Of a DNA stretch of 60,814 nt, positions 27,591 through 36,265 are shown piece by piece; position 1 is the first letter of the stretch, and each line of letters starts with the position of its first letter. The notes beneath the pieces are model-generated. The model ran no database searches and was not told where the DNA came from. It saw only the letters and a list, made by a program, of their open reading frames with translations. The DNA is from Candidatus Buchananbacteria bacterium. GTDB taxonomy: Bacteria; Patescibacteriota; Patescibacteriia; 2-01-FULL-39-33; JBAYJR01. Where the stretch lies: positions 70,727-131,540 of the forward strand of contig JBAYJR010000001.1 of assembly GCA_041665005.1 (NCBI GenBank), given 5' to 3'. The translations under genes were made by a program, and so were the position numbers.

Positions 27591-28721
27591 ATGGTTAAAG
27601 CAAAAAAAATAGGAAAAGATATTTCTAAAACTTTGGTTTATGTCGGAATTTCTGGCGGCGTAGATAGCGCGGTGGCTGCGGCTTTGTTATTGCAACAAGG
27701 CTATCAGGTGGTTGGCGTGTTTATGAAAAATTGGTCCACCGAAAGTTTTGGTGGCACTTTTAGTGGTGCTTGTCCTTGGGAAAAAGATTTAGCGGAAGCG
27801 CGTCAGGTTTGCCAAAAGTTGAAGATACCGCTTAAAGTTTATAACTTTGAGCAGGAATACGACAAACAGGTCTTGCGTTATTTTTTTAAAGAAGAACAGG
27901 CTGGCCGCACGCCTAATCCCGATATTATGTGTAATCGGGAAATTAAGTTTGGGTTATTTTTAAACCAGGCGGTTAGTGAAGGCGCGGATTTTATTGCCAC
28001 CGGGCATTATGTCAAGAAAAAAGTTGAAAGTTGCAAGTCGAAAATTGCAAGAAAGAAATTAATCAGATATCAATTAGTTATTCCCAAAGATCAACATAAG
28101 GACCAGTCTTATTTTTTGTGTTTATTAAAACAGCCGCAATTGGCCAAAGCGCTTTTTCCGTTAGGCGATTTGACTAAGCCGGAAGTTCGGCAGTTGGCCA
28201 AAAAATTTGGCCTAGCTAATGCAAATCGACCGGATAGTATGGGAATTTGTTTTGTTGGTGAAGTAAAAATTATTGATTTTATTAAAGCTCGTATTAAAGA
28301 AACTCCCGGTCAGATTATTACCACCAACGGTAAAATTATTGGTGTTCATCAAGGTTTACCTTTTTACACTATTGGCCAACGGCAGGGTTTAAACTTAGGT
28401 GGCGGCGGGCCTTATTATGTAGTAGCTAAAAATAAGCGAAAAAATCAGCTAGTAGTGGCCGTAGGCGATCAAGACCCGGCCTTGTATACTAAAAAAATTA
28501 AAATCACTAAAGTCAGTTGGCAACAAGGTGTGCCACCAAAATTTCCTTTGGTTTGCCAAGTGCGCTTGCGTCATCAGCAACCCTTGCAACAGGCTAGAAT
28601 TATTAAACAACACAGCAAGTTGGTAGTTTTATTTACTAAGCCGCAACGCGCCGCCACGCCCGGTCAATTTTGTGTAATTTATAAAAATAAAAAGTTGTTG
28701 GGTGGGGGAGTGATTGTTTAG
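27591..28721 (+). CDS. mnmA: tRNA-specific 2-thiouridylase MnmA
   Basis: SGGVDS, GRTPNPDIMCNREIKF, ATGHY, DQSYFL, DSMGICF, TPGQ. Confidence 0.97.
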   Translation: MVKAKKIGKDISKTLVYVGISGGVDSAVAAALLLQQGYQVVGVFMKNWSTESFGGTFSGACPWEKDLAEARQVCQKLKIPLKVYNFEQEYDKQVLRYFFKEEQAGRTPNPDIMCNREIKFGLFLNQAVSEGADFIATGHYVKKKVESCKSKIARKKLIRYQLVIPKDQHKDQSYFLCLLKQPQLAKALFPLGDLTKPEVRQLAKKFGLANANRPDSMGICFVGEVKIIDFIKARIKETPGQIITTNGKIIGVHQGLPFYTIGQRQGLNLGGGGPYYVVAKNKRKNQLVVAVGDQDPALYTKKIKITKVSWQQGVPPKFPLVCQVRLRHQQPLQQARIIKQHSKLVVLFTKPQRAATPGQFCVIYKNKKLLGGGVIV

Positions 28722-28817
28722 ATTTTAGCTTAAAAAAATAGCTAGTTTAGTAGGCGTTTTTTCTTGCCAAAAAAACTATTTTTTGTTAAACTTATCTCAG
28801 CTTTTAAGCTTAATAAT

Positions 28818-30641
28818 ATGAATAATTTAACCTCGCGAGAAATTAGAAAAAAATATTTAGAATTTTTTAAATCCCAAGGTCATCAAATAATTCCTTCTGC
28901 TTCTTTGGTACCAGAAAATGATCCGACGGTATTATTTACCACGGCTGGCATGCATCCGTTGGTGCCTTATTTATTGGGTGAGAAGCATCCTTTAGGTAAA
29001 CGTTTAGTAAATTCTCAAAAATGTGTACGCACTCAAGATATTGACGAAGTTGGTGATAATCGTCACGATACTTTTTTTGAAATGTTAGGTAATTGGTCTT
29101 TGGGTGATTATTTTAAACGAGAAGCGGTTGAATGGTCGTGGCAGTTTATGACGGACCCGCGTTGGTTAGGTTTAAATCCAAAAAATATTTATGTTACCGC
29201 CTTTGCCGGTGATGCGGATGCCCCGCGAGACGAGGAAGTAATTTCTGTTTGGCAAGAGCAATTTAAAAAAGTTGGCCTAACCGCTTTGGTGGGAGACCCC
29301 AAACAAGGTGTTAGTGAAAATTTTAGAATTTTTATTTACGGCAAAGCCAAAAATTGGTGGGGACCGGCCGGTCAAACCGGACCGTGCGGACCGGATACCG
29401 AAATGTTTATTGACACGGGCAAAGCTCACGATACTAATTATGGCCCGGCTTGTCACCCTAATTGTGATTGTGGTCGCTTTATTGAAATTTGGAACGATGT
29501 GTTCATGCAATATTATAAAGCGATTGACGGCACTTATACTGCTTTACCACAACAAAACGTGGATACCGGCATGGGCTTGGAACGGGTAAGTATGATTAGT
29601 CAAGGCGTTCCCAGTATTTTTGAAACTGATTTATTTGTGCCGATCATGGAAAAAATTAGAAGCTTGGCCAAAACTTCCGAAGTGGTCTCCGAACGGATTT
29701 TGGCCGATCATTTACGCACCGCCACTTTTATGTCCGCTGATGGCGTGGTGCCTTCCAATTTAGAACGGGGTTATATTTTACGTCGGTTAATTCGTAAGGC
29801 TATTAGACATGCTGATAAATTAGGGATTGATAGTCATAATTTATTCCAGGTAGTGCAAGTGGTGATTGATAATTTTAAAGATATTTATTCGGAATTGGCT
29901 AGCAATCAAACGGCGATTTTGGAAAATATTAATAGTGAAGTAGAAAAATTTGGTAAAACTTTAGCTCGGGGTTTGAAAGAATTTGAAAAGATGTCCACGC
30001 AAGATAAAATTGGCGAGCGCTTAGGTGGCAAAGAGGCTTTTGTCTTGTTTGCTACTTATGGTTTTCCTTTGGAATTAACTAAAGAACTGGCTAAGGAACG
30101 AAAAATAGAAGTGGACGAGCGGGCTTATTGGGAAGAATTTACTAAGCATCAAGAATTATCCAGAACAGCGACTGAAGGTAAATTTAAGGGTGGGTTGGCG
30201 GATCATTCGGCCATGACTACCAAATATCATACCACCACGCATTTATTGTTGGCGGCTTTGCGCCAAGTACTAGGCACGGGAGTGGTACAAAAGGGCTCTA
30301 ATATTACGGCGGAACGTTTACGTTTGGATTTTGCTTATGATCAAAAAATGACGCCGGAACAACTTAAACAAGTGGAAAGTATTGTGAATCAAAAAATTTC
30401 TGAAAAAATTGCAGTCACCATGCAAGAGATGTCTTTGGCCGAGGCCAAAAAAGTTTGTACTTATGCAATGTTTGATCAAAAATACGGTGAGCGAGTTAAA
30501 GTTTACACCGTCGGGGATCACAGTATAGAAATTTGTGGCGGACCGCATATTGCTAATACCGGCGAATTGGGACATTTTAAAATTATCAAAGAAGAAGCCT
30601 CTTCGGCCGGGGTAAGGCGAATTAAGGCGATTTTGGAATAG
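28818..30641 (+). CDS. alaS: alanine--tRNA ligase (compact form)
   Basis: FTTAGMHP, FFEMLGNWSLGDYFK, DTGMGLER, editing motifs HTTTH and CGGPH; start at ATG 28818. Confidence 0.96.
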   Translation: MNNLTSREIRKKYLEFFKSQGHQIIPSASLVPENDPTVLFTTAGMHPLVPYLLGEKHPLGKRLVNSQKCVRTQDIDEVGDNRHDTFFEMLGNWSLGDYFKREAVEWSWQFMTDPRWLGLNPKNIYVTAFAGDADAPRDEEVISVWQEQFKKVGLTALVGDPKQGVSENFRIFIYGKAKNWWGPAGQTGPCGPDTEMFIDTGKAHDTNYGPACHPNCDCGRFIEIWNDVFMQYYKAIDGTYTALPQQNVDTGMGLERVSMISQGVPSIFETDLFVPIMEKIRSLAKTSEVVSERILADHLRTATFMSADGVVPSNLERGYILRRLIRKAIRHADKLGIDSHNLFQVVQVVIDNFKDIYSELASNQTAILENINSEVEKFGKTLARGLKEFEKMSTQDKIGERLGGKEAFVLFATYGFPLELTKELAKERKIEVDERAYWEEFTKHQELSRTATEGKFKGGLADHSAMTTKYHTTTHLLLAALRQVLGTGVVQKGSNITAERLRLDFAYDQKMTPEQLKQVESIVNQKISEKIAVTMQEMSLAEAKKVCTYAMFDQKYGERVKVYTVGDHSIEICGGPHIANTGELGHFKIIKEEASSAGVRRIKAILE

Positions 30642-30744
30642 TAAACTTGAGTGGCTATTTTGGAGCTTTTTTCTCTTAGTTTAGCCAAATATCTAGATAG
30701 TTAATTAACACTTGACAATATTTTGTTTTTGCTTTATTATATAG

Positions 30745-30875
30745 AGGCAGTTTCAAGCTTTAAGTTTGAACGGCTAATTACAAAAAACTTCCAAGATCAA
30801 ATGATTAGTTGTCAAAATTATCGTTTATTTTGACAAAATTCTGAGCAAACTGTTGTCAGAGTTTTGTTTTTTTTC
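30745..30875 (+). promoter_or_regulatory. structured infA leader ending in a terminator-like hairpin
   Basis: After TTGACA (~30713): four hairpins, the last AAAATTCTGA/TCAGAGTTTT followed by GTTTTTTTT. Confidence 0.45.
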
Positions 30876-30891
30876 TAACAAATTTTAAATT

Positions 30892-31131
30892 ATGGAACAA
30901 CCAAAAAATTCTGTTGTTTCAAGCAAAGACTTCATTGAAATGGATGGCGAGGTGACCGAGCTTTTGCCAGCGGCAAATTTTCGGGTCAAATTAGATAACG
31001 GACAGATAATTTTGGGCCATTTATCCGGTAAAATGCGAATGAATAAAATTCGCTTATTACCAGGAGACAAAGTAAAACTGCAAATTACTCCTTACGACTT
31101 AAGTAAGGGCCGGATTGTTTACCGCTATTAA
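30892..31131 (+). CDS. infA: translation initiation factor IF-1
   Basis: [36 protein letters not shown]. Confidence 0.97.
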   Translation: MEQPKNSVVSSKDFIEMDGEVTELLPAANFRVKLDNGQIILGHLSGKMRMNKIRLLPGDKVKLQITPYDLSKGRIVYRY

Positions 31132-31167
31132 TCAAATTTTTTAAAATAAAGTTACTGTAAATAAAAT

Positions 31168-31281
31168 ATGAAAGTTCGTGCTTCAGTTAAACCCTTTTGT
31201 AAAGAATGCAAATCTATCCGCCGCAAAGGTCGGATCGTAGTTATTTGTGTAAACCCTAAACACAAACAACGACAAGGCTAA
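31168..31281 (+). CDS. rpmJ: 50S ribosomal protein L36 (not in ORF track)
   Basis: [37 protein letters not shown] between infA and rpsM. Confidence 0.98.
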   Translation: MKVRASVKPFCKECKSIRRKGRIVVICVNPKHKQRQG

Positions 31282-31320
31282 AAACTAAATTTTTAATTTT
31301 CAATTTTAAATTAACTAAGT

Positions 31321-31713
31321 ATGGCAGCAAGAATCGCCGGCGTCAATTTACCAGCCGAAAAAAGAATAGAAATTGCTTTAACTTATATTTTCGGCATTGG
31401 CCGAACTATGGCTAATAAAATTTTAGCCGAAGTTAAAGTTGACCCTAATATTAGAACCAAGGATTTAACTGATGAACAGGTTAATGTTTTACGTACTTTA
31501 ATTGATAAACAATATAAAGTAGAAGGCGAATTACATCGCGATATTTTAAGTAATATTAAGCGGTTAAAAGAAATTGGTTGCTACCGAGGCACTCGGCATA
31601 CTCGTCATTTACCAGCGCGCGGTCAACGTACCAAAACTAATACTCGCACCGTTCGTGGTAATGTTCGTCGGACCATGGGTTCGGGACGTAAAGGTGGCGC
31701 GGAAAAAACTTAA
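31321..31713 (+). CDS. rpsM: 30S ribosomal protein S13
   Basis: [27 protein letters not shown]. Confidence 0.98.
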   Translation: MAARIAGVNLPAEKRIEIALTYIFGIGRTMANKILAEVKVDPNIRTKDLTDEQVNVLRTLIDKQYKVEGELHRDILSNIKRLKEIGCYRGTRHTRHLPARGQRTKTNTRTVRGNVRRTMGSGRKGGAEKT

Positions 31714-31757
31714 TTAAATTATAATTTCTAATTTTTTAGCTTTAATTTTTATTAAAT

Positions 31758-32222
31758 ATGGCAGAAGAAACTAAACCTATAACTAAAGAATCCGTCAGCC
31801 CAGAAGCGGTTGTTCCAGAAAAAGCGACTACCGAAAAAAAGTCAGCGGTTAAAAAGTCCAAAAAAGCCAAGCGCCAAGTGGCCTTTGGTCGGGCTTATGT
31901 TAAGGCGACTTATAATAACACCATTGTTACTTTTACTGATCAAAATGGCAATGTCTTGGGTTGGTCTTCGGCTGGTAAGGTTGGTTTTGCTGGACCAAAA
32001 AAATCCACGCCTTATGCGGCGGGAATTATTATTAAAGATGTGGTGGAAAAAACCAAAGATTATGGTTTAAAAGAGGTTAATGTGTTTGTCCAAGGAGTCG
32101 GTTCGGGTCGCGAAGCCGCGGTTAGAGCTTTAAACGCCAATGGGTTAAACGTGCTATCAATTAAAGACGTTACACCAATTCCTCACGGCGGTTGCCGGCC
32201 TCCTCGTCCAAGAAGAGTTTAG
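31758..32222 (+). CDS. rpsK: 30S ribosomal protein S11
   Basis: ATYNNTIVT, KSTPYAA, DVTPIPHGGCRPP. Confidence 0.98.
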   Translation: MAEETKPITKESVSPEAVVPEKATTEKKSAVKKSKKAKRQVAFGRAYVKATYNNTIVTFTDQNGNVLGWSSAGKVGFAGPKKSTPYAAGIIIKDVVEKTKDYGLKEVNVFVQGVGSGREAAVRALNANGLNVLSIKDVTPIPHGGCRPPRPRRV

Positions 32223-32251
32223 TTTAAAAATTTTTCTAATTTTAAATATTT

Positions 32252-32878
32252 ATGGGAAGAAACGTTAAACCACTTACTAAGAGAATTCGCCGAATCGGTG
32301 ATAAGTTTTTTTTGGCCGGCGAGCGTCCTTTTTCTTCTAAGGCCGTGGCCATTAAGCGCAATTATCCACCAGGACAACATGGCCCCAAGGGTCATGGTCG
32401 GCTTTCTACTTTTGGTTTGCAGCTAAAAGAAAAGCAAAAAGCCAAATTAGTCTATGGTATTTTAGAAAAGCAATTGAATCGTTATTTTAAAATCGCTTTA
32501 AAGTATCCTGGTAATACTTCCGAAACCTTATACCAGGCGTTGGAATTAAGGCTAGATTCAGTGGTATTTTTGGCCGGTTTGGCCAAAAGTCGTCCCCAGG
32601 CTAGACAATTTGTTGGTCATGGTCATATTATGGTTAATGGTAAAAAAGTTAATATTCCTTCCTATCGAGTAGAAAAAGGCGAAGTGATTTCTTTATCACC
32701 CAAAGGTAAAAAAGCTAAAATTTTTGAGTTTATTAAAGAGGATTTAAAAAATATTCAAACTCCGGAATGGTTAGCCTTGGATAAAGAAAAAGTTGAGGCT
32801 AAAGTTTTGGATCTACCAACTTTCGGCCAAAACCAATTAGTTAATTGGCAGGCGATCGTGGAATTTTATTCTCGTTAA
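32252..32878 (+). CDS. rpsD: 30S ribosomal protein S4
   Basis: YPPGQHG, QLKEKQK, LELRLDSVV, ARQFVGHGH. Confidence 0.98.
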   Translation: MGRNVKPLTKRIRRIGDKFFLAGERPFSSKAVAIKRNYPPGQHGPKGHGRLSTFGLQLKEKQKAKLVYGILEKQLNRYFKIALKYPGNTSETLYQALELRLDSVVFLAGLAKSRPQARQFVGHGHIMVNGKKVNIPSYRVEKGEVISLSPKGKKAKIFEFIKEDLKNIQTPEWLALDKEKVEAKVLDLPTFGQNQLVNWQAIVEFYSR

Positions 32879-32925
32879 AATTAAAACAAAAATTACATAT
32901 TTTAAACATTTTTTAAATAAAGTAT

Positions 32926-33765
32926 ATGGAAAACATTCCTTTGGCACAAAAAATTAGCGAAGAAGTGCTAGAAGACTATAAATCAAGAATTATTTTTGAA
33001 CCATTGTATCCCGGCTATGGCAATACTTTGGGTAATGCCTTAAGACGAGTTTTACTTTCTTCTTTGCCAGGGGCGGCTGTGATTGCCGTCAAAATCAAAG
33101 GGGCCCAGCATGAATTTTCTACAATTGAACATGTGGCCGAGGATGTAGTGGAAATTATTTTAAATTTGAAACAATTGCGGTTGCGCGTTTTTAGCGACGA
33201 ACCAGTTAAGATTTTTTTAAGAGCTAAAGGCGAAAGAGCAGTTACCGCTAAAGATATTGAAGTTAATAGCGATGTGGAAGTGGTTAATAAAAATTTGCAT
33301 ATTGCCACTTTAACCAGTCCTAAGGGAGAATTGGAAATGGAATTGACGGTGCAACAAGGTCGGGGTTATGTCCCAACCGAAAGTCGCGATAAAGAAAAGG
33401 TGGAATTAGGGGCAATTATTATGGATGCCATTTATACGCCCATTAAGAACGTTGGTTTTAAGGTGGAAGCCACTCGCGTAGGCCAACGGACCGACTATGA
33501 TAAATTAATTTTAGAAATTGAGACTGATGGTTCTATTAAACCTCAGGAAGCTTTAAAACAAGCAACTAAAATTTTATTAGAACAATTAAATTGGGTGGAT
33601 GAGAATATTGAAGAATCTGGTCGCAAAAAGAAAGTTGAAAAAAAGGAAGAAGCGGTTGAAGAAGCAGCCGAAGAAGTAGCCGAAGAAGTGGCGGCCGAAG
33701 ATGAAGAAACCGAGGACGACAGTAAAGCCAAGAAAAAGCGCGGTCGACCTAAAAAAGAAGATTAA
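32926..33765 (+). CDS. rpoA: RNA polymerase alpha subunit; no recognisable alpha-CTD, acidic tail plus AT-hook instead
   Basis: EPLYPGYGNTLGNALRRVLLSS, HEFSTI, TDYDKL; ends SKAKKKRGRPKKED. Confidence 0.96.
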   Translation: MENIPLAQKISEEVLEDYKSRIIFEPLYPGYGNTLGNALRRVLLSSLPGAAVIAVKIKGAQHEFSTIEHVAEDVVEIILNLKQLRLRVFSDEPVKIFLRAKGERAVTAKDIEVNSDVEVVNKNLHIATLTSPKGELEMELTVQQGRGYVPTESRDKEKVELGAIIMDAIYTPIKNVGFKVEATRVGQRTDYDKLILEIETDGSIKPQEALKQATKILLEQLNWVDENIEESGRKKKVEKKEEAVEEAAEEVAEEVAAEDEETEDDSKAKKKRGRPKKED

Positions 33766-33802
33766 TTATATTTTTAAATTTTGTATTTTCAATTAATATT
33801 GT

Positions 33803-34153
33803 ATGCGACATCGAAAAAAGGATAAAATTTTATCAAGAACAGCCGCTCCTAAGAAAGCGTTATTGCGCAGTTTAGTGACCAGTTTGGTGGTGTACGAAAG
33901 TATCAAAACTACTCAAGCCAAAGCTAAGGCCGCGCAAAAAATAGTAGAAAAAGTTATTACTTTAGGTAAGAAAAAAGATTTAGCCTCGCGTCGGCAAATT
34001 TTGACGATTGTTTATGGCGAAAATCCTACCAAAAAAGTGATGGACGTTTTAGCCCCCCGATTTGAAAAAAGAGTGGGTGGTTATACCAGAATCGTTAAAG
34101 TTGGTCGTCGGTTAGGCGATGCGGCCGAAATGGTTAAACTAGAATTTGTTTAA
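33803..34153 (+). CDS. rplQ: 50S ribosomal protein L17
   Basis: MRHRK, IKTTQAKAK, GGYTRIVK...RLGDAA. Confidence 0.97.
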   Translation: MRHRKKDKILSRTAAPKKALLRSLVTSLVVYESIKTTQAKAKAAQKIVEKVITLGKKKDLASRRQILTIVYGENPTKKVMDVLAPRFEKRVGGYTRIVKVGRRLGDAAEMVKLEFV

Positions 34154-34165
34154 GAATAAACTTTT

Positions 34166-34513
34166 ATGATCAAAACAATAAAAATTGACGCTAAAAATCA
34201 AAGCTTAGGCCGTCTTAGTGGCAGTATTGCTAGAATTTTAATGGGTAAAATAAAGACCGATTATGCCCCTAATGTTAGTGGCGAATATAAAATAGAAGTA
34301 ACTAACGCCGCCAAGATAAAATTTACCGGCAAAAAGTTTGACCAAAAGCCTTATTATCATCATTCCGGTTACCCGGGAGGCTTGCGGACCAGAAAGTTAT
34401 CGGAAGAATTTGTCAAGCGACCAGAATGGGTGATTCGTAAAGCGGTATTAGGAATGTTGCCAAAAAATCGTTTGCAAAAAGAGCGAATTAAAAGATTAAA
34501 GATAAGCGCCTAG
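34166..34513 (+). CDS. rplM: 50S ribosomal protein L13
   Basis: IDAKNQSLGRL, HSGYPGGL, AVLGMLPKNRL. Confidence 0.96.
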   Translation: MIKTIKIDAKNQSLGRLSGSIARILMGKIKTDYAPNVSGEYKIEVTNAAKIKFTGKKFDQKPYYHHSGYPGGLRTRKLSEEFVKRPEWVIRKAVLGMLPKNRLQKERIKRLKISA

Positions 34514-34517
34514 ATTT

Positions 34518-34910
34518 ATGTCTAAATATATTTACGCCGTTGGCCGGCACAAAGGATCAATCGCCAAATTAAAATTATACACTGCCGAGCAACAGGAAAT
34601 TTTAGTTAGTGAAAAAAAGCTTAGTGAATATTTTCCAACTTTAAGTTTGCAAAGTTTTATCTATCAGCCATTAAAATTTTATCCGCATCCAGAAAAATTA
34701 AAGATGGTTTACACGGTTTCGGGTGGTGGCAAAGTTGGTCAGGTTAAAGCTTGTCGTTTGGCCTTATCCCGAGCCTTAATTGAATTAGATCCAGAATTAC
34801 GCCCCGCGCTAAAAGCCTCTGGCTTTTTAACTCGCGATTCCAGAATTAAAGAACGGAAGAAACCAGGTTTAAAACGCGCCAGACGAGCCCCACAGTGGCA
34901 AAAGCGCTAG
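34518..34910 (+). CDS. rpsI: 30S ribosomal protein S9
   Basis: GGGKVGQ, LTRDSRIKERKKPG, ARRAPQWQKR. Confidence 0.97.
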   Translation: MSKYIYAVGRHKGSIAKLKLYTAEQQEILVSEKKLSEYFPTLSLQSFIYQPLKFYPHPEKLKMVYTVSGGGKVGQVKACRLALSRALIELDPELRPALKASGFLTRDSRIKERKKPGLKRARRAPQWQKR

Positions 34911-34936
34911 CAAAAACGTTAATCTATTATATATAC

Positions 34937-34966
34937 AAAAAACAGTCCTTTCGGGGGCTGTTTTTT
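34937..34966 (+). terminator. terminator of the ribosomal operon
   Basis: A6-CAGTCC-tttc-GGGGCTG-T6. Confidence 0.8.
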
Positions 34967-34977
34967 GTTGATTTACT

Positions 34978-35036
34978 GTCATCCCAGATCATGCCTACCG
35001 GTCACGCCCCGCCACAGGCAGTGGATCCGGGATCCA
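34978..35036. repeat. GC-rich REP-like palindromic element
   Basis: GTCATCCCAGATC...GATCCGGGATCCA enclosing GCCTACCGG...CAGGC; single copy in window. Confidence 0.4.
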
Positions 35037-35153
35037 TTTACATATAAAAATATCAAAAATCCTCATATTTTTCTAAAGTTGCTACAATGTGATAAGGTGA
35101 TATACTTAAAGCAAGGTTACATCCTTAATTTATAAACAAATAATTTAAATAAT

Positions 35154-35327
35154 ATGGAAAAACTAAAACAATATTGGCTAATAATTGTCATAGTTTTAGT
35201 GGTATTCGGAGGTTTATTTTATTGGTTTCAGTGGCGACCGAGTCAGATTAGAAAAGAGTGTTCTAAATTTACGTTGATGGAAAAAATTTATGAGAGTTGC
35301 CTAAGAGAGAGGGGACTAGAAAAATAA
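35154..35327 (+). CDS. small single-TM protein, 57 aa (not in ORF track)
   Basis: MEKLKQYWLIIVIVLVVFGGLFYWFQWRPSQIRKEC...YESCLRERGLEK; -10 TATACT upstream. Confidence 0.7.
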   Translation: MEKLKQYWLIIVIVLVVFGGLFYWFQWRPSQIRKECSKFTLMEKIYESCLRERGLEK

Positions 35328-35338
35328 TTTTAAATAAT

Positions 35339-36250
35339 ATGAAAGTAAAAATTATTACTTTTCTTGCATTAAGCTTTCTATTTTTAGCCGGTTGTAGCTA
35401 TAAAATTGTTAAGGTTGAAGAGCAATCAAATAAAGCCGCTGAGGCAGAAAATGTAGAGTCAAAAGTACTGAGAACTCCCACAAGCACCGTGGATAATCTT
35501 GTGGAAAGCAAGAGCACCACCACTGCTACCGCTTCTATTTCTCAGCCACCCTCTAAAATAGTAGATAAGGGCAGGCATGATGATTTGATTATCCATTATG
35601 CTCAGTCGTTAGTTGTCTTTAAAGAGCATAAAACATTTTTTGATTCTACTAAACCAATTATTGAGTTAAGAATTGACCATATTAAGAATCGTATTAATAT
35701 TTTCAAAGCCGGTATAATGCCAGAATTTATAGAACCAGAAAAGACAGGTATAAATTATGAAATTAGAAAATGGAATGAAATAGTTAATTTATATATTGAA
35801 ATTCATAGCAAGGATTTGGTTAGGAGTGATGCAACATTTAATATTAATGAAGTTGGGCGAAAATTTGTTGATGCAAGAATTGAATCATACGACAAAGCTA
35901 TGAGTTTTTATTTAAATAATCCGAACGAAGTTGTTGATGAAAAAACATATAGTAGTAGCTTAGAATCAACAAATTTGTTTTTTTCTACACTTACTAAGGC
36001 AAAAGAAGCAGTTAATTTTGGAATGGGTATAATGTGGGATTATGATAGCACTTATAAAGACCTTGATTATAAACTATCTCTGTACAAAGATAAATTAGTA
36101 AGTTATTTTTCAGCTGAAAAACTTAAGTATGAAGCATATAATTCAACGTCTCGTACAAGTTATTCAGCCATTCCACAGCCATCAGTAAATACGTTTGTTC
36201 GTTGCACGATAGACCATACAAGATTTCAATCTTTTGTGACGTGTTATTAA
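35339..36250 (+). CDS. putative lipoprotein, unknown function
   Basis: Lipobox FLAGC after ATG 35339; Ser/Thr linker; helical body. Confidence 0.7.
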   Translation: MKVKIITFLALSFLFLAGCSYKIVKVEEQSNKAAEAENVESKVLRTPTSTVDNLVESKSTTTATASISQPPSKIVDKGRHDDLIIHYAQSLVVFKEHKTFFDSTKPIIELRIDHIKNRINIFKAGIMPEFIEPEKTGINYEIRKWNEIVNLYIEIHSKDLVRSDATFNINEVGRKFVDARIESYDKAMSFYLNNPNEVVDEKTYSSSLESTNLFFSTLTKAKEAVNFGMGIMWDYDSTYKDLDYKLSLYKDKLVSYFSAEKLKYEAYNSTSRTSYSAIPQPSVNTFVRCTIDHTRFQSFVTCY

Positions 36251-36265
36251 TGAAAATAAAATAAT

